From Myxococcota bacterium (GTDB lineage: Bacteria; Myxococcota_A; Polyangia; Polyangiales; Houyiibacteriaceae), in contig JBCCEA010000015.1 in the NCBI GenBank assembly GCA_039030515.1, forward strand, positions 29,825 to 93,824: a stretch of DNA of 64,000 nucleotides. Direction: 5' to 3'. This document shows, piece by piece, positions 48,064 to 58,271 of this stretch (position 1 is its first letter; every line of letters starts with the position of its first letter). Below the pieces are notes generated by a model. The model searched no databases. It was not told the DNA's origin and saw only the letters and a program-made list of their open reading frames with translations. Both the position numbers and the translations under genes were made by a program.

Positions 48064-49443
48064 ATGGGCAAAGATTACGACTTCGACCTCATAGTGATCG
48101 GCGCAGGATCGGGAGGTGTTCGCGCGGCAAGACGCGCTGCGTCCTACGGAGCTCGAGTCGCTATTTGTGAAGATAGCGACGTCGGCGGCACATGCGTCAA
48201 TGTGGGCTGCGTGCCGAAAAAGCTCTTTATGTACGGGTCGATGTTCTCTCAAACCATCGCCGATGCTGCCGGCTATGGTTGGAAGCTCACTCCGGAAGCG
48301 TTCCGTTGGCGCACGCTCGTCGCCAACAAAGATCGGGAGATAAACCGACTAAACAGCATCTACGAGACGCTTTTGGAACAGGCCGGCGCTCAGTTGCTCC
48401 GGGGCCGCGGCGTAGTGAAGGGGCCGCATCAAGTCGCCGTAGGCTCCGAAACCTACGAGGCAAAGCATATTTTGATCGCCACGGGATCTTTCCCTTTTCA
48501 ACTCAGCATCCCCGGTCAAGAGCACGCGATCACGTCCAACGAGATCTTTCACTTACAGGAACTTCCCGAGCGGATGGTGATCATTGGCGGCGGATACATC
48601 GCCGTGGAATTCGCTTCGATATTCCATGAGTTGGGGGTGGAGACCACCCTAGTGCATCGAGGAGACAAACTCTTGCGTGGTTTTGACGAGGACGTCCGGG
48701 ACTTCGTACAAAACGAACTTGAGAAAAAAGGGCTGCAGATCCGTCTTAAGACCAATCTGACGGGGATCCAGAAGCAAGCCGGAGCAGAACCGGGGGCACC
48801 AACGCTGCACACCTCCTTCGACATCGGCAGCGAACTGACGGTCGGACTTGTGCTCACCGCCGTTGGCCGAATACCCAAGACCGAGGGTCTCGGTCTAAGG
48901 TCGCTGGGGGTTAAGCTCGGCACTCGGGGGGGCGTCGAGGTGGATTCGCACTATCGATCGAGCATTCCCTCAATTTTTGCGATCGGAGATGTGATCGACC
49001 GAGTACAGCTCACGCCCATCGCGCTGGCTGAGGGCTCGATAGTCGCGCGCAATCTGTTCGACAGCGCGCAGGAGACGTTGTCGTATGAGCACATACCGAC
49101 GGCAGTATTCTGCCAGCCAAATGTGGCAACCGTTGGCCTTACCGAAGCGGAAGCGCAAACAAAGCACGAGCAAATCACCGTATACCGCTCGAGCTTCAGA
49201 CCGATGCAGTACACGCTGACGGAGAATCAGGAGCGTAGTCTGATGAAGCTCATCGTTGACGACACCTCCGACAAAGTCCTCGGATGTCACATGGTTGGGC
49301 CCCATGCTGCTGAGATCATTCAGGGTCTCGCGGTGGCACTGCAATGTGGAGCGACCAAAGCACAGTTTGATGCGACTTTGGGAATCCACCCGACCGCTGC
49401 CGAAGAATTCGTCACCATGCGAACACCTGTCCCACGACCCTGA
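48064..49443 (+). CDS. gor: Glutathione-disulfide reductase
   Basis: GAGSGG, GGTCVNVGCVPKK, GGGYIAVEFA, GIHPTAAEEFVTMR. Confidence 0.94.
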   Translation: MGKDYDFDLIVIGAGSGGVRAARRAASYGARVAICEDSDVGGTCVNVGCVPKKLFMYGSMFSQTIADAAGYGWKLTPEAFRWRTLVANKDREINRLNSIYETLLEQAGAQLLRGRGVVKGPHQVAVGSETYEAKHILIATGSFPFQLSIPGQEHAITSNEIFHLQELPERMVIIGGGYIAVEFASIFHELGVETTLVHRGDKLLRGFDEDVRDFVQNELEKKGLQIRLKTNLTGIQKQAGAEPGAPTLHTSFDIGSELTVGLVLTAVGRIPKTEGLGLRSLGVKLGTRGGVEVDSHYRSSIPSIFAIGDVIDRVQLTPIALAEGSIVARNLFDSAQETLSYEHIPTAVFCQPNVATVGLTEAEAQTKHEQITVYRSSFRPMQYTLTENQERSLMKLIVDDTSDKVLGCHMVGPHAAEIIQGLAVALQCGATKAQFDATLGIHPTAAEEFVTMRTPVPRP

Positions 49444-49608
49444 GGTCGTACGTTGCAAAGCGATCCGCAGCACCGCGTAAGCCATCGGCACTCTTGTGTA
49501 AGTAAAGTGTTTTCGATACTTTAGGTCGAATTCACAACATTCGACGCCTCGAACATATGCGACCGCTCTCTTGACGCGTAACGCTCGCTTCGGTCACCGT
49601 CGAAGCTA

Positions 49609-50853
49609 ATGGACGAGGAGGAACCCACCCGGCAACGGTCACGCCCACACGGGCCGTCCGTGCTTCCACCGTCTGCTCTTCCGAAAGAGCACCGGTCCGC
49701 GCTCGAAGGCGAGTCATCCTATGAGGACCTGCCGTCACTGCCCTTCTCGATCGAGCCGGAGCGACCATCTACCAAGTTTTCCTCCGTGATCCCGTCGGAG
49801 TCACACATCCTAGTCGTAGACGATGACGAGACGACACGTCGCACTCTGGGACGCTCGCTATCGAAACTGGGCTACGTAGTGAACTTGGCCGCGGGCGGCG
49901 AGGAGGCGCTGCGGGCGCTCGGGGAGCGGATGTATGACCTCGTCCTGATGGATCTTCTCATGCCAGGTATCACAGGAGACCAACTGCTCGAGCGTATGAA
50001 AGCGATGCCCGACTACCGCGAAGTGCCCGCGCTCATGATCTCAGGGCTCGACGACCTCGAGATGGTCGCAAAATGTATCGACCTTGGAGCCGACGACTAC
50101 CTGCTCAAACCACCAAGCGCGACCCTCCTGAAGGCTCGGGTGAGTTCATGCCTTGCGCGAAAGGCCGCTGTCGATCAGCGGCGGCTGTACGTCTCTCAAA
50201 TCGAAAAGGAGCGCAGCCGAGCGGACGACCTCTTGCGCGCCATCTTCCCGAGGAACGTGATTCAGGAACTTAAGGCGACCGGTACGGTCAAACCACGCAA
50301 ACACGAGCGGGTCGCCGTTCTGTTCTTCGACGTGGTGGATTTCACAGCGTGGTGCAATACCGCGAACCCCGAGCAAACGGTGGTCTCACTGCAGCGTCTT
50401 TTCGAGCGTCTGGAAGACCTTAGCGACCGGTACGGCGTCGAAAAGATCAAGACCATAGGAGATGCGTTTTTAGCCACCTCGGGCCTGCTGAGCGATGCCG
50501 AGGAGCCTGTGCATGCATGTGTCAGGGCAGGAGCCGCGATGTTGGAGGCAACCGGTGCATGCGTCCCGGGGTGGAGAGGGCGCGTCGGTATCCACGTAGG
50601 GCCGGTGATGGCAGGCGTCTTGGGACATCGGCAGTGCGTCTTCGACGTCTGGGGTGATACGGTCAATACCGCCGCAAAAATTCAAGAGGTCGCCGAACCT
50701 GGCGAGGTATTCCTCAGCGAAGCGGCATACCTGAGCAGTCGGGAGGTATGTCTTGCCAGTTCGGTGGGCCCGGTACCGCTCAAGGGTAAGGGGGAGGTAA
50801 CCCTCTACCGAGCCGAGCGTTTCTGGCTCGACTCAGAACGCCGGACACTCTAG
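49609..50853 (+). CDS. Receiver domain + class III adenylate/guanylate cyclase
   Basis: VVDDD..MDLLMP..KP receiver; FFDVVDFT, KIKTIGDAF, FDVWGDTVN cyclase motifs. Confidence 0.9.
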   Translation: MDEEEPTRQRSRPHGPSVLPPSALPKEHRSALEGESSYEDLPSLPFSIEPERPSTKFSSVIPSESHILVVDDDETTRRTLGRSLSKLGYVVNLAAGGEEALRALGERMYDLVLMDLLMPGITGDQLLERMKAMPDYREVPALMISGLDDLEMVAKCIDLGADDYLLKPPSATLLKARVSSCLARKAAVDQRRLYVSQIEKERSRADDLLRAIFPRNVIQELKATGTVKPRKHERVAVLFFDVVDFTAWCNTANPEQTVVSLQRLFERLEDLSDRYGVEKIKTIGDAFLATSGLLSDAEEPVHACVRAGAAMLEATGACVPGWRGRVGIHVGPVMAGVLGHRQCVFDVWGDTVNTAAKIQEVAEPGEVFLSEAAYLSSREVCLASSVGPVPLKGKGEVTLYRAERFWLDSERRTL

Positions 50854-50971
50854 TGGAGGCTTGCACCGATTCTATCGTCTGAGCTCGGCGCAACGCGACT
50901 GCGGGGCGCATCAGTCGTAGACGCTGCTCGGACCGGTTTGAAGCTCAGGATTCCACTGCTAATCCCCCGAA

Positions 50972-52144
50972 GTGAGCGATCGATACCGGAGCACCCTGAA
51001 TCAGACAGTGTCTTTTGCACGCGAGGGAGAGTTCCCTGCGCTCCAGATCGGTCCCTTGAGGGTGGATCCCCCCGTCGTATTGGCGCCCATGGCAGGGGTG
51101 ACCAACTGGCCGTTTCGGAGCCTCTGCCGGCGATACGGAGCCGGTCTTTACGTCAGTGAGATGATCACCGCGAGACCACTCGTCGAGGGCCGAGAAAAAA
51201 CCCTTCGACTTGCGGGCTTCGGCCCCGAGGAGCGTCCCCGAAGCCTGCAGCTGTACGGGGTGGACCCTCACTATGTGGGACTCGCCGTAAAGCGACTGGT
51301 TGAAGAGGGTCGCGTGGACCACATCGATCTGAACTTTGGCTGCCCAGTGCCGAAAGTGACGCGCAAGGGTGGAGGAGCCGCGATTCCCGTCAAGCGTCGA
51401 TTGCTTCGCAACATCGTTCGGGCCGCAGTACGCAACGCATCATCGATCCCGGTCACGATCAAATTCCGCATGGGCATCGATAGCGACCTACTCACATTTC
51501 TCGATGCCGGCCGCATCGGAGAGGAAGAGGGATGCGCGGCCGTGGCCCTCCATGCACGAACCGCAGCGCAACTTTACGACGGGCATGCGGATTGGAGCGC
51601 GATCGCGGAGCTGAAGCGGCACGTGCAGATCCCCGTCCTCGGCAACGGAGACATCTGGGAAGGATGGGATGCGCTGCGCATGATGCGTCAAACTGGTTGC
51701 GACGGCGTGGTAGTCGGCCGAGGTTGCTTGGGTCGACCCTGGCTCTTTCGAGACTTGGCCGACGTATTTCAAGGTCGACACCCTTCGGAACCACCTCGAT
51801 TTGGTGAAGTCGCGAGCATCATGCTCGAACACGCATCACTCCTCGTTGAGTGGATGGGAGAACAGCACGCCATGCGGGGCTTCCGAAAACACTCCAGCTG
51901 GTACACGAAGGGCTTTCGCGACAGCGCAGAATTACGCAGGCAATTGATGCAGGTGCAGACTCTTACCGAACTCGAGGATGCACTCAAAAAGCGCGATCGG
52001 GATGCTGAGTTTCCCGAATCAGCAATGCGAGTTCCTCGAGGTAAAACAAGCGGAACGCAGAAAGTCGCCTTGCCCGACGGCTATCTCGACGATCTCAACG
52101 ATGCAGCCCCTCCTTCAGTCGAAGCGGCAGCGCATGGAGGCTGA
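50972..52144 (+). CDS. dusB: tRNA-dihydrouridine synthase DusB
   Basis: LAPMAGVT, IDLNFGCPVPKV, LHART, GNGDI, GRGCLGRPW. Confidence 0.93.
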   Translation: MSDRYRSTLNQTVSFAREGEFPALQIGPLRVDPPVVLAPMAGVTNWPFRSLCRRYGAGLYVSEMITARPLVEGREKTLRLAGFGPEERPRSLQLYGVDPHYVGLAVKRLVEEGRVDHIDLNFGCPVPKVTRKGGGAAIPVKRRLLRNIVRAAVRNASSIPVTIKFRMGIDSDLLTFLDAGRIGEEEGCAAVALHARTAAQLYDGHADWSAIAELKRHVQIPVLGNGDIWEGWDALRMMRQTGCDGVVVGRGCLGRPWLFRDLADVFQGRHPSEPPRFGEVASIMLEHASLLVEWMGEQHAMRGFRKHSSWYTKGFRDSAELRRQLMQVQTLTELEDALKKRDRDAEFPESAMRVPRGKTSGTQKVALPDGYLDDLNDAAPPSVEAAAHGG

Positions 52145-52163
52145 GACCTCGTCTCTTGTCCGC

Positions 52164-53480
52164 TTATCGTAGCGGGAGCTCCACGGCTTTAGGCTGAACG
52201 CAACGAGCGATCTTTCGCTCGAGACGCTTGCGGCGACGAATACTGCTGTGCGCTCCTTCGGCTGAACCCGTAAAAGCTGCGTGATACAGTGCCTGTTCGT
52301 AGTTCCGAAATCGGTGCTCGTAACACTTCGCAAGCGCAAGATGAACAAACGGATGCCTTGCTTCATCACCCGCCTCGAGCGCACTCCGAAGTGATGACTC
52401 CTCAAGATCGCGATCCCCAGAGCGGCGGGCTGTACGTGCAACAAGCAAATGCGCATCAACAACGCAAGATGGCTCACTACCTGCAGCCGATGCGCACGCA
52501 AAAAGCTGAGCGGTATCCTGCTTACCAGCCCGCTCCGCAACCTGTGCGTAACCTAGGTGATCCCGCGGATCATCCTCCCACTGCGGCACTTGAAGATGAT
52601 CGGCCAAGCGCGCGAGGAGTGCTGCCATGGCGATTAGATCATTGCTGTTGTGCTCGATCACGGCATGGAGAGGGCTGGTCGTGCCTTCATGAAGGAAGTC
52701 GTTATAGATCTGAGGTATTTCGCTTCCGTCGACATCGTCCTCGCGAACCTTACCGAGAACGTGTGTTTCCATATCGATCAGCCGGACTCTACCTAGGCGC
52801 CGCTTGAATACGCGCCGACCCGTATGAAGCAAATCGAGATGAGGAGGAACTTTGACCACCGCGATTCGATTCATCACGAAGCGGGTTCTCAGCAGCGGCC
52901 AGTCAAAGCTTTTTCCATTGTATGTGATGATACAGGAACAACTACGCAGCTTCTCCAAAAGGCAATGCAGCAACGACACTTCATGTGCAGGATGATCCAG
53001 AAAGAGCTGATGCACTCTTAGGGAGCGATCTTCAAACCACGCGAGACCCACCAAAAAAGGCAGTGTTCCAGTGCCGCCACTGAGCCCCGTAGTCTCGGTA
53101 TCCAAAAAGAGCGCTTTCGAAAAGTCCAGGTCACACAGTTCTGCATCGAGAGCCAACATCGACATAGTTCGAGCCTGCACCTGCAGTGCAGACTGCACTA
53201 GAACACTGCCGTAGCGATGAGACGGCTCAAGCCGAGTATCGATAACACGAACCGGACCATAGGCTGTCTCTTGCATCAACCCTGGCAATTCATGGTTCGA
53301 CTCAGAATCTGAAGGATCGGAACCGGAGAGAAAACGCGTCGAGGCCTCTGGTTCCATGCCGGATGTAGCGGAAGCTCGAGACGGAGGACCATGATTGCTT
53401 AGCGCTTCTACCGAATTAGAAGCAGAACGGGATCCTGGACCGGCACTCGAGAAGCGATCGAGCTTTCGGAGAAGACTCAT
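52164..53480 (-). CDS. YprB/MrfB-like DEDD exonuclease (RNase H-like) with C-terminal TPR-like region
   Basis: FLDTETTGL, YNGKSFD, HLDLLH, HNSNDL, LAKCYEHR; directly downstream of the DUF1998 helicase. Confidence 0.85.
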   Translation of the reverse strand: MSLLRKLDRFSSAGPGSRSASNSVEALSNHGPPSRASATSGMEPEASTRFLSGSDPSDSESNHELPGLMQETAYGPVRVIDTRLEPSHRYGSVLVQSALQVQARTMSMLALDAELCDLDFSKALFLDTETTGLSGGTGTLPFLVGLAWFEDRSLRVHQLFLDHPAHEVSLLHCLLEKLRSCSCIITYNGKSFDWPLLRTRFVMNRIAVVKVPPHLDLLHTGRRVFKRRLGRVRLIDMETHVLGKVREDDVDGSEIPQIYNDFLHEGTTSPLHAVIEHNSNDLIAMAALLARLADHLQVPQWEDDPRDHLGYAQVAERAGKQDTAQLFACASAAGSEPSCVVDAHLLVARTARRSGDRDLEESSLRSALEAGDEARHPFVHLALAKCYEHRFRNYEQALYHAAFTGSAEGAHSSIRRRKRLERKIARCVQPKAVELPLR

Positions 53481-53504
53481 CGTCGTCCGAAAGCCAAGCT
53501 CAAA

Positions 53505-56009
53505 TTAGTGAACCGCATCGATTCCCATGTCTGCAAGAAGTGCGAGTGCAAGGGACTTTAGATCTACGCGGTGCATCGATGAATCAGGCCCGTCAGGGCT
53601 CAGCGGACTCAGAAGGTCAACCGGTCCCACACAGCCGGGACACCCGATCGAACACTCGCAACCCTCGATGAGCTGACGGGTGCGACGTAGCAAAGAAGTG
53701 CGTTCATCGAACAGTCGAGGACCAAGACCCACGCCACCTGGTACTCGGTCAAAAAGGAACACGGTCGGATCAAACCCCTGACCCGAGCGATGCCCGCTCG
53801 AAGGTGACTGCTCTGGATGCTGGCGATCACCCAAACTGCACCCAAGATCACGTGAATCGACCATCAAACCCAAGGCGGCAACCGTATGCATGGCAGTCGA
53901 CAAGCCCCGGATAGCGTCGACGACTACCGGCCTCGGTGCAGACTGTGCCTCGATCAGCGCTTCCGGGAACACAAACCAGCAGGCAAGTGTGTGCATCTGC
54001 ATCTCGGGAAGGTGTACTTCGCCGTATCCGACATTCTCATGGGAGTGGAACTTGATTTTCTTATATCCGACTACCTTTTCGACGATACTCACCTCACCGG
54101 TTTCTATCGCCAGCCTATAGCGTCCCCCTTCAGAGAGCATCTCGGCCTCGTCGGCTTCGATCACCGATACCTTGGTATGGGTCATCGCCGTCGTATAGTA
54201 GTCTGGAGAAACCTTACGCACGAAGGCCTTGTGATTCTCGTAGTCGAGCACCTCCACCTGGTATTGGCTACCCTCGTGCTGATAGATCGCCTGCTCGTGG
54301 AGCATCGTATGCGTCGATCTCCAGTCCATCTCGGCGATGGTGCGATCGCCATCGAGATCGACAACCACGAAATTATCCCAACTCAAACTGCGAAGCGAGA
54401 CTTGGTTCGCTGGGTAAGCGTTGGTAGACCAGTGATATACCTTCACTCCATCTGATGCCGCCGCTGGATGGACTACCCCGTGTTGGCTCAGGAAACCGAG
54501 CACATCGGAGATCGATTTAAGCGGCAAATTTCCAAAGCCTTCCCCTTCGCGAAAAGGCAGTTCAAAAGACGAACACTTCAGATGCTGAATAAGGATCTCT
54601 ACGTTGTCTGGATCAATACGAGCTTGCTCTATAGGTGCAGATAAAAGCGAGCGCGCATCACGAGCGATGTATTGATCCATCGGCGCACTGGATGGCACGA
54701 GCACCGCAAGCGATGGTGCCGTACGTCGGCCGGCACGGCCAAACCGCTGAAACAATGCAGCAGTCGATCCCGGATATCCTGCGCAGACAACGGCGTCGAG
54801 CATCCCAATATCGATACCCAACTCGAGCGCACTGGTCGCCACAACGCAAAGCACCTCACCCGAACGCAACGAAGCCTCGATCCTTCGACGGGTCTTCGGC
54901 AAGTATCCACCTCGATAAGCATGGATCCGCTCTGGATCGATCCCGTCTCGACCCAGACGATCGCGCAAATACTTGAGCATGACCTCTACCGCGTTTCGGC
55001 TCGGACCAAAAAGCAGCGTCGGCACCTCATGCCTGAGAAGCTCTGCAACCACATTCACCGACGTCTTCAGATAGCTGGCCCGAAGCCCCAGCTCTGAGTT
55101 CACAATCGGAGGATTGTAGACGACGACATGTCGCGGACCTGTGGGAGCTCCACTTTCTGCAACCAGCGATACAGGCGCTCCGAGCATGCGACTCGCATGG
55201 TCGTCGGGATTACCAATAGTGGCAGATGCAAATATGAATGTCGGCCTGGAACCGTGGAATTCCGCAATACGGCAGAGTCGACGGAGCACGTTCGCAAGAT
55301 GGGAGCCGAACACACCTCGGTAGCTGTGCAGCTCATCGAGCACCACGTAACGTAGGTTTGCAAAGAAGCGAGCCCAGTCGGCATGATGCGGCAGGATTCC
55401 AGCGTGCAGCATGTCGGGATTGGTCAGCAGTATGGAGGTTCGGTCGCGGGCAGTCCGCCGGGCATCCGGGGGCGTATCGCCATCATAGGTGATCGCTCCA
55501 CTCTGCATCTTGCATTCTCTGAGTAATGAGTGCAGCGCACTCTCCTGGTCACGCGACAAGGCCTTGGTTGGAAAGAGGTACATCGAACGCGAAGAAGGCT
55601 CTCGATGCAGTTCCGTGAGAACCGGAAGGTTGTAACAGAGGCTCTTGCCAGACGCGGTCGGCGTCGCAACGACGATATGCTCTCGCGATATGGCGCGTTG
55701 AAATGCTTCGACCTGATGCGAATAAAGACGCTTCAGTCCTCGCAATGCAAGGGCTTCGCGAATGGGCAAGGGCAGTTCGTCCGGCATGGAGGCAAACCTT
55801 GCATCGCGTGCAGGAACCTCGGCATCGAGGAGCATCTGTGACGCACAACGCGCATCATTCCGAAAATGATTCAGAGCCGCCAGAAGACCGGTGGGGCGGT
55901 CCCAAGGACGCCGTCGATCCCCCTGAAACGCATCGGTCTCTACCCTAGACACCAAGGCACTGTACAGGTGTCTAGACCAACTGCAAGAGCAGTTCATCAT
56001 CGGAAACAC
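53505..56009 (-). CDS. YprA/MrfA-like DEAH helicase with DUF1998 Zn domain
   Basis: TPTASGKS, TNPDMLH, DELH, SAT, QRFGRAGRR, C-terminal CECSIGCPGC. Confidence 0.92.
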   Translation of the reverse strand: MFPMMNCSCSWSRHLYSALVSRVETDAFQGDRRRPWDRPTGLLAALNHFRNDARCASQMLLDAEVPARDARFASMPDELPLPIREALALRGLKRLYSHQVEAFQRAISREHIVVATPTASGKSLCYNLPVLTELHREPSSRSMYLFPTKALSRDQESALHSLLRECKMQSGAITYDGDTPPDARRTARDRTSILLTNPDMLHAGILPHHADWARFFANLRYVVLDELHSYRGVFGSHLANVLRRLCRIAEFHGSRPTFIFASATIGNPDDHASRMLGAPVSLVAESGAPTGPRHVVVYNPPIVNSELGLRASYLKTSVNVVAELLRHEVPTLLFGPSRNAVEVMLKYLRDRLGRDGIDPERIHAYRGGYLPKTRRRIEASLRSGEVLCVVATSALELGIDIGMLDAVVCAGYPGSTAALFQRFGRAGRRTAPSLAVLVPSSAPMDQYIARDARSLLSAPIEQARIDPDNVEILIQHLKCSSFELPFREGEGFGNLPLKSISDVLGFLSQHGVVHPAAASDGVKVYHWSTNAYPANQVSLRSLSWDNFVVVDLDGDRTIAEMDWRSTHTMLHEQAIYQHEGSQYQVEVLDYENHKAFVRKVSPDYYTTAMTHTKVSVIEADEAEMLSEGGRYRLAIETGEVSIVEKVVGYKKIKFHSHENVGYGEVHLPEMQMHTLACWFVFPEALIEAQSAPRPVVVDAIRGLSTAMHTVAALGLMVDSRDLGCSLGDRQHPEQSPSSGHRSGQGFDPTVFLFDRVPGGVGLGPRLFDERTSLLRRTRQLIEGCECSIGCPGCVGPVDLLSPLSPDGPDSSMHRVDLKSLALALLADMGIDAVH

Positions 56010-56095
56010 TTTTCAACTGGCGTGAGCGTTCGATCCACGAGGGAGCGGCCCAAAGCCGGACCGACGCACCTAAGTCGCCTCCGTATCGTGCTTCC

Positions 56096-57370
56096 CTATC
56101 CGGCCTCGCTCACCATTTCCTTCAATCGACTGAGCGCCTCCTCGATCACATCAAGGGTGGGCCCGAAACTGAAACGAATATGGTGTCGAAAACGGGAGGG
56201 TCGATCCATTCGGCGCTTACCCGGATTGATGTCGAAGAAGTGCCCGGGAACGGTGATGACCTTCTTACTCAAACCAGCACGAAAGAAGTCATCCGCACCG
56301 CGAAGTGAAGGCGGCAGATCTTGAAGGTCAGCCCAGGCATAAAAGGTACCTTCCGGCTCGAGATCCAAACGCACCCCTAAGTCTCGCAAGCCTTCGATCA
56401 CCCGCTGCCGTTTGCTGAGAAAGCAGCGATGAAGCGCTGCCGTTTCCGCTTCGACGTGCCCTTCGTCGAGCAGATCGATCGCTGCACGCTGCATCGGTCG
56501 ACTGCCTCCACCGTCCAAAAATGAACCCGCACTGGAGACCGCTTCGATAACCGACCGAGGTCCCACGGTCCAAGAAACGCGAAACCCAGGATAACGCCAG
56601 TTCTTGGTGAGCCCATCGATGAGTACGATAGGATCGCGATCGACATCCTCAACGTACTCAGCTGCACTGACGATGGGACGAGGACCCGACCAGGCGAAGT
56701 GGGAGTAGAACTCGTCAAAGATTAACGCACATCGCAACTCTCGAGCGGCATGGATCCATGCATCGAGGAGGTCTCCCTGCAGCAGTCTCCCGGTCGGATT
56801 GCAGGGATTGCTCATCACGATGGCGCCTAGACCTCGACCCAAGATTTCGCGGCGTAGGGAATCGGCGCTGAAATAGTATTGTTCGTCTGGATCCAAGAGA
56901 ATGGGAAAGGGCTGAAAACGACGGAACACGTCGAGCAGTTCCTCGTAAGCTGTGTAGTCGGGCAAAAAATGTCCCAGATGAACGGGACTTATCGCCGCAC
57001 ACGCGCGCATGATGCCCACGCGGCCTCCGCCCCCGATCGCGACGTTCTCAGCGGTATAGCGAGAGGCTTTTCCCCTGCGAAAGGTGCGGTTGTACATGGA
57101 GGCGACCGCCTCCCTCAGTTCGGGCAGACCCGCAACGGGAGCGTACTCCAGGTCACACTCGTGTACCGGTATGGATGCGAGCCGCTCTGGTGCTCCATCG
57201 ATGGCGCCCGTTTCCGGCATTCCCTGGCCCAGATTGCACCAGGTTGGATCCTCCGGTCGAAAACCGGCCTTATTGGCTTCCTCCGTAACGTAGATGACCC
57301 CAGTTCGGGGCACCTGCCGAAAGGCAGCAAGCGAGTTGGGCGTGGTGGACGGATGATTCATTTTGCGCAA
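56096..57370 (-). CDS. PLP-dependent aminotransferase, class I/II
   Basis: NLGQG, SNPCNPTG, DEFY, GLTKNWRYPGFR, IRFSF. Confidence 0.88.
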   Translation of the reverse strand: MRKMNHPSTTPNSLAAFRQVPRTGVIYVTEEANKAGFRPEDPTWCNLGQGMPETGAIDGAPERLASIPVHECDLEYAPVAGLPELREAVASMYNRTFRRGKASRYTAENVAIGGGGRVGIMRACAAISPVHLGHFLPDYTAYEELLDVFRRFQPFPILLDPDEQYYFSADSLRREILGRGLGAIVMSNPCNPTGRLLQGDLLDAWIHAARELRCALIFDEFYSHFAWSGPRPIVSAAEYVEDVDRDPIVLIDGLTKNWRYPGFRVSWTVGPRSVIEAVSSAGSFLDGGGSRPMQRAAIDLLDEGHVEAETAALHRCFLSKRQRVIEGLRDLGVRLDLEPEGTFYAWADLQDLPPSLRGADDFFRAGLSKKVITVPGHFFDINPGKRRMDRPSRFRHHIRFSFGPTLDVIEEALSRLKEMVSEAG

Positions 57371-57490
57371 TGAACGCTACTCCGAGCGTAGCGATTCGTC
57401 GAGTATCGTGGGACCGCTGCCGCAAGTGGAGCCCCATCGAACTTTACTATCGCACTCAAGGAAGATTAGGACGCCTTCAGGAGAATAGCT

Positions 57491-58174
57491 TTGACCGATA
57501 TGATCCGTATCCAGGAGCTCAGAGTTCAATGTGTGGTGGGCATTCACCCCCACGAACGCCAGTACCCGCAACCGCTGATCGTTGATCTCGATCTCGAAGT
57601 CCCAACGGAAACCTCCGGTGCTGACGAAGATATTCTCGACACGGTCGACTACAGTTCGATCCAAGCCGAGGTCTTGTTTTTGCTCGAAGGCGCAAGATTC
57701 CATCTTTTAGAAACAGCAGTCCATGTGCTCGCTAAGCTGCTGCTCGCACCTCCCCCACCTTCTGTGTGCCATGCGTCCGTCGATCGGGTCCACATCCAGA
57801 TCCGGAAACCCCATGCGTTGGGAGGAAACGGGATCGCGTCCGTTGAAATCGAACGCGACCGCAACTGGGCTCAGCTGGAGCGCGAACTCAAGCCTTTTGG
57901 AACAAAAGACATCCTCCACAAAAGCCCGCGGGTGGAGATCTATCTGCTTCACGTAGGACCTGAGAAGCAAACGCTGCCGCATAGTCACCGCACAATGTCG
58001 GGTTCTGAGATGGTCCTCACGGACGGCCTACTCTGTCAGGGAACACCGATGCCTCGTCTCTTCCGTCGGAGTTGGCACAAAGATGTGCCTCCCGTCTACG
58101 AGAACCCCACCAGCGAAATTCAAACCGTTCTAGGCATCGATATTCCCTCAAGCATCGATGAGGACGAACGCTAG
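57491..58174 (+). CDS. folB: Dihydroneopterin aldolase fused to a cupin-like C-terminal domain
   Basis: VGIHPHER..Q, TVDYS, FHLLE, IRKP in the first ~125 aa; an extra ~100 aa with LPHSH..SEMVL. Confidence 0.78.
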   Translation: MTDMIRIQELRVQCVVGIHPHERQYPQPLIVDLDLEVPTETSGADEDILDTVDYSSIQAEVLFLLEGARFHLLETAVHVLAKLLLAPPPPSVCHASVDRVHIQIRKPHALGGNGIASVEIERDRNWAQLERELKPFGTKDILHKSPRVEIYLLHVGPEKQTLPHSHRTMSGSEMVLTDGLLCQGTPMPRLFRRSWHKDVPPVYENPTSEIQTVLGIDIPSSIDEDER

Positions 58175-58209
58175 ACGGCGGGTTTGTGGTAGTGCGTGGT
58201 GTCGCTGAG

Positions 58210-58269
58210 CACCTGAGACACAACGGGACACCTGAGACACAACGGGGCACCTGAGACACAACGGAACAC
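58210..58269. repeat. 19 bp tandem repeat (3 copies)
   Basis: CACCTGAGACACAACGG(GA/GG/AA) at 58210, 58229 and 58248, between the convergent folB and methylase genes. Confidence 0.92.
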
Positions 58270-58271
58270 GG

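Noticed and set aside
58210..58269. Membership of this repeat in the 43.8/63.5 kb family
   Set aside because: It shares only ACCTGA and CGG and lacks the ACC-N6-GGT dyad; too weak to claim.
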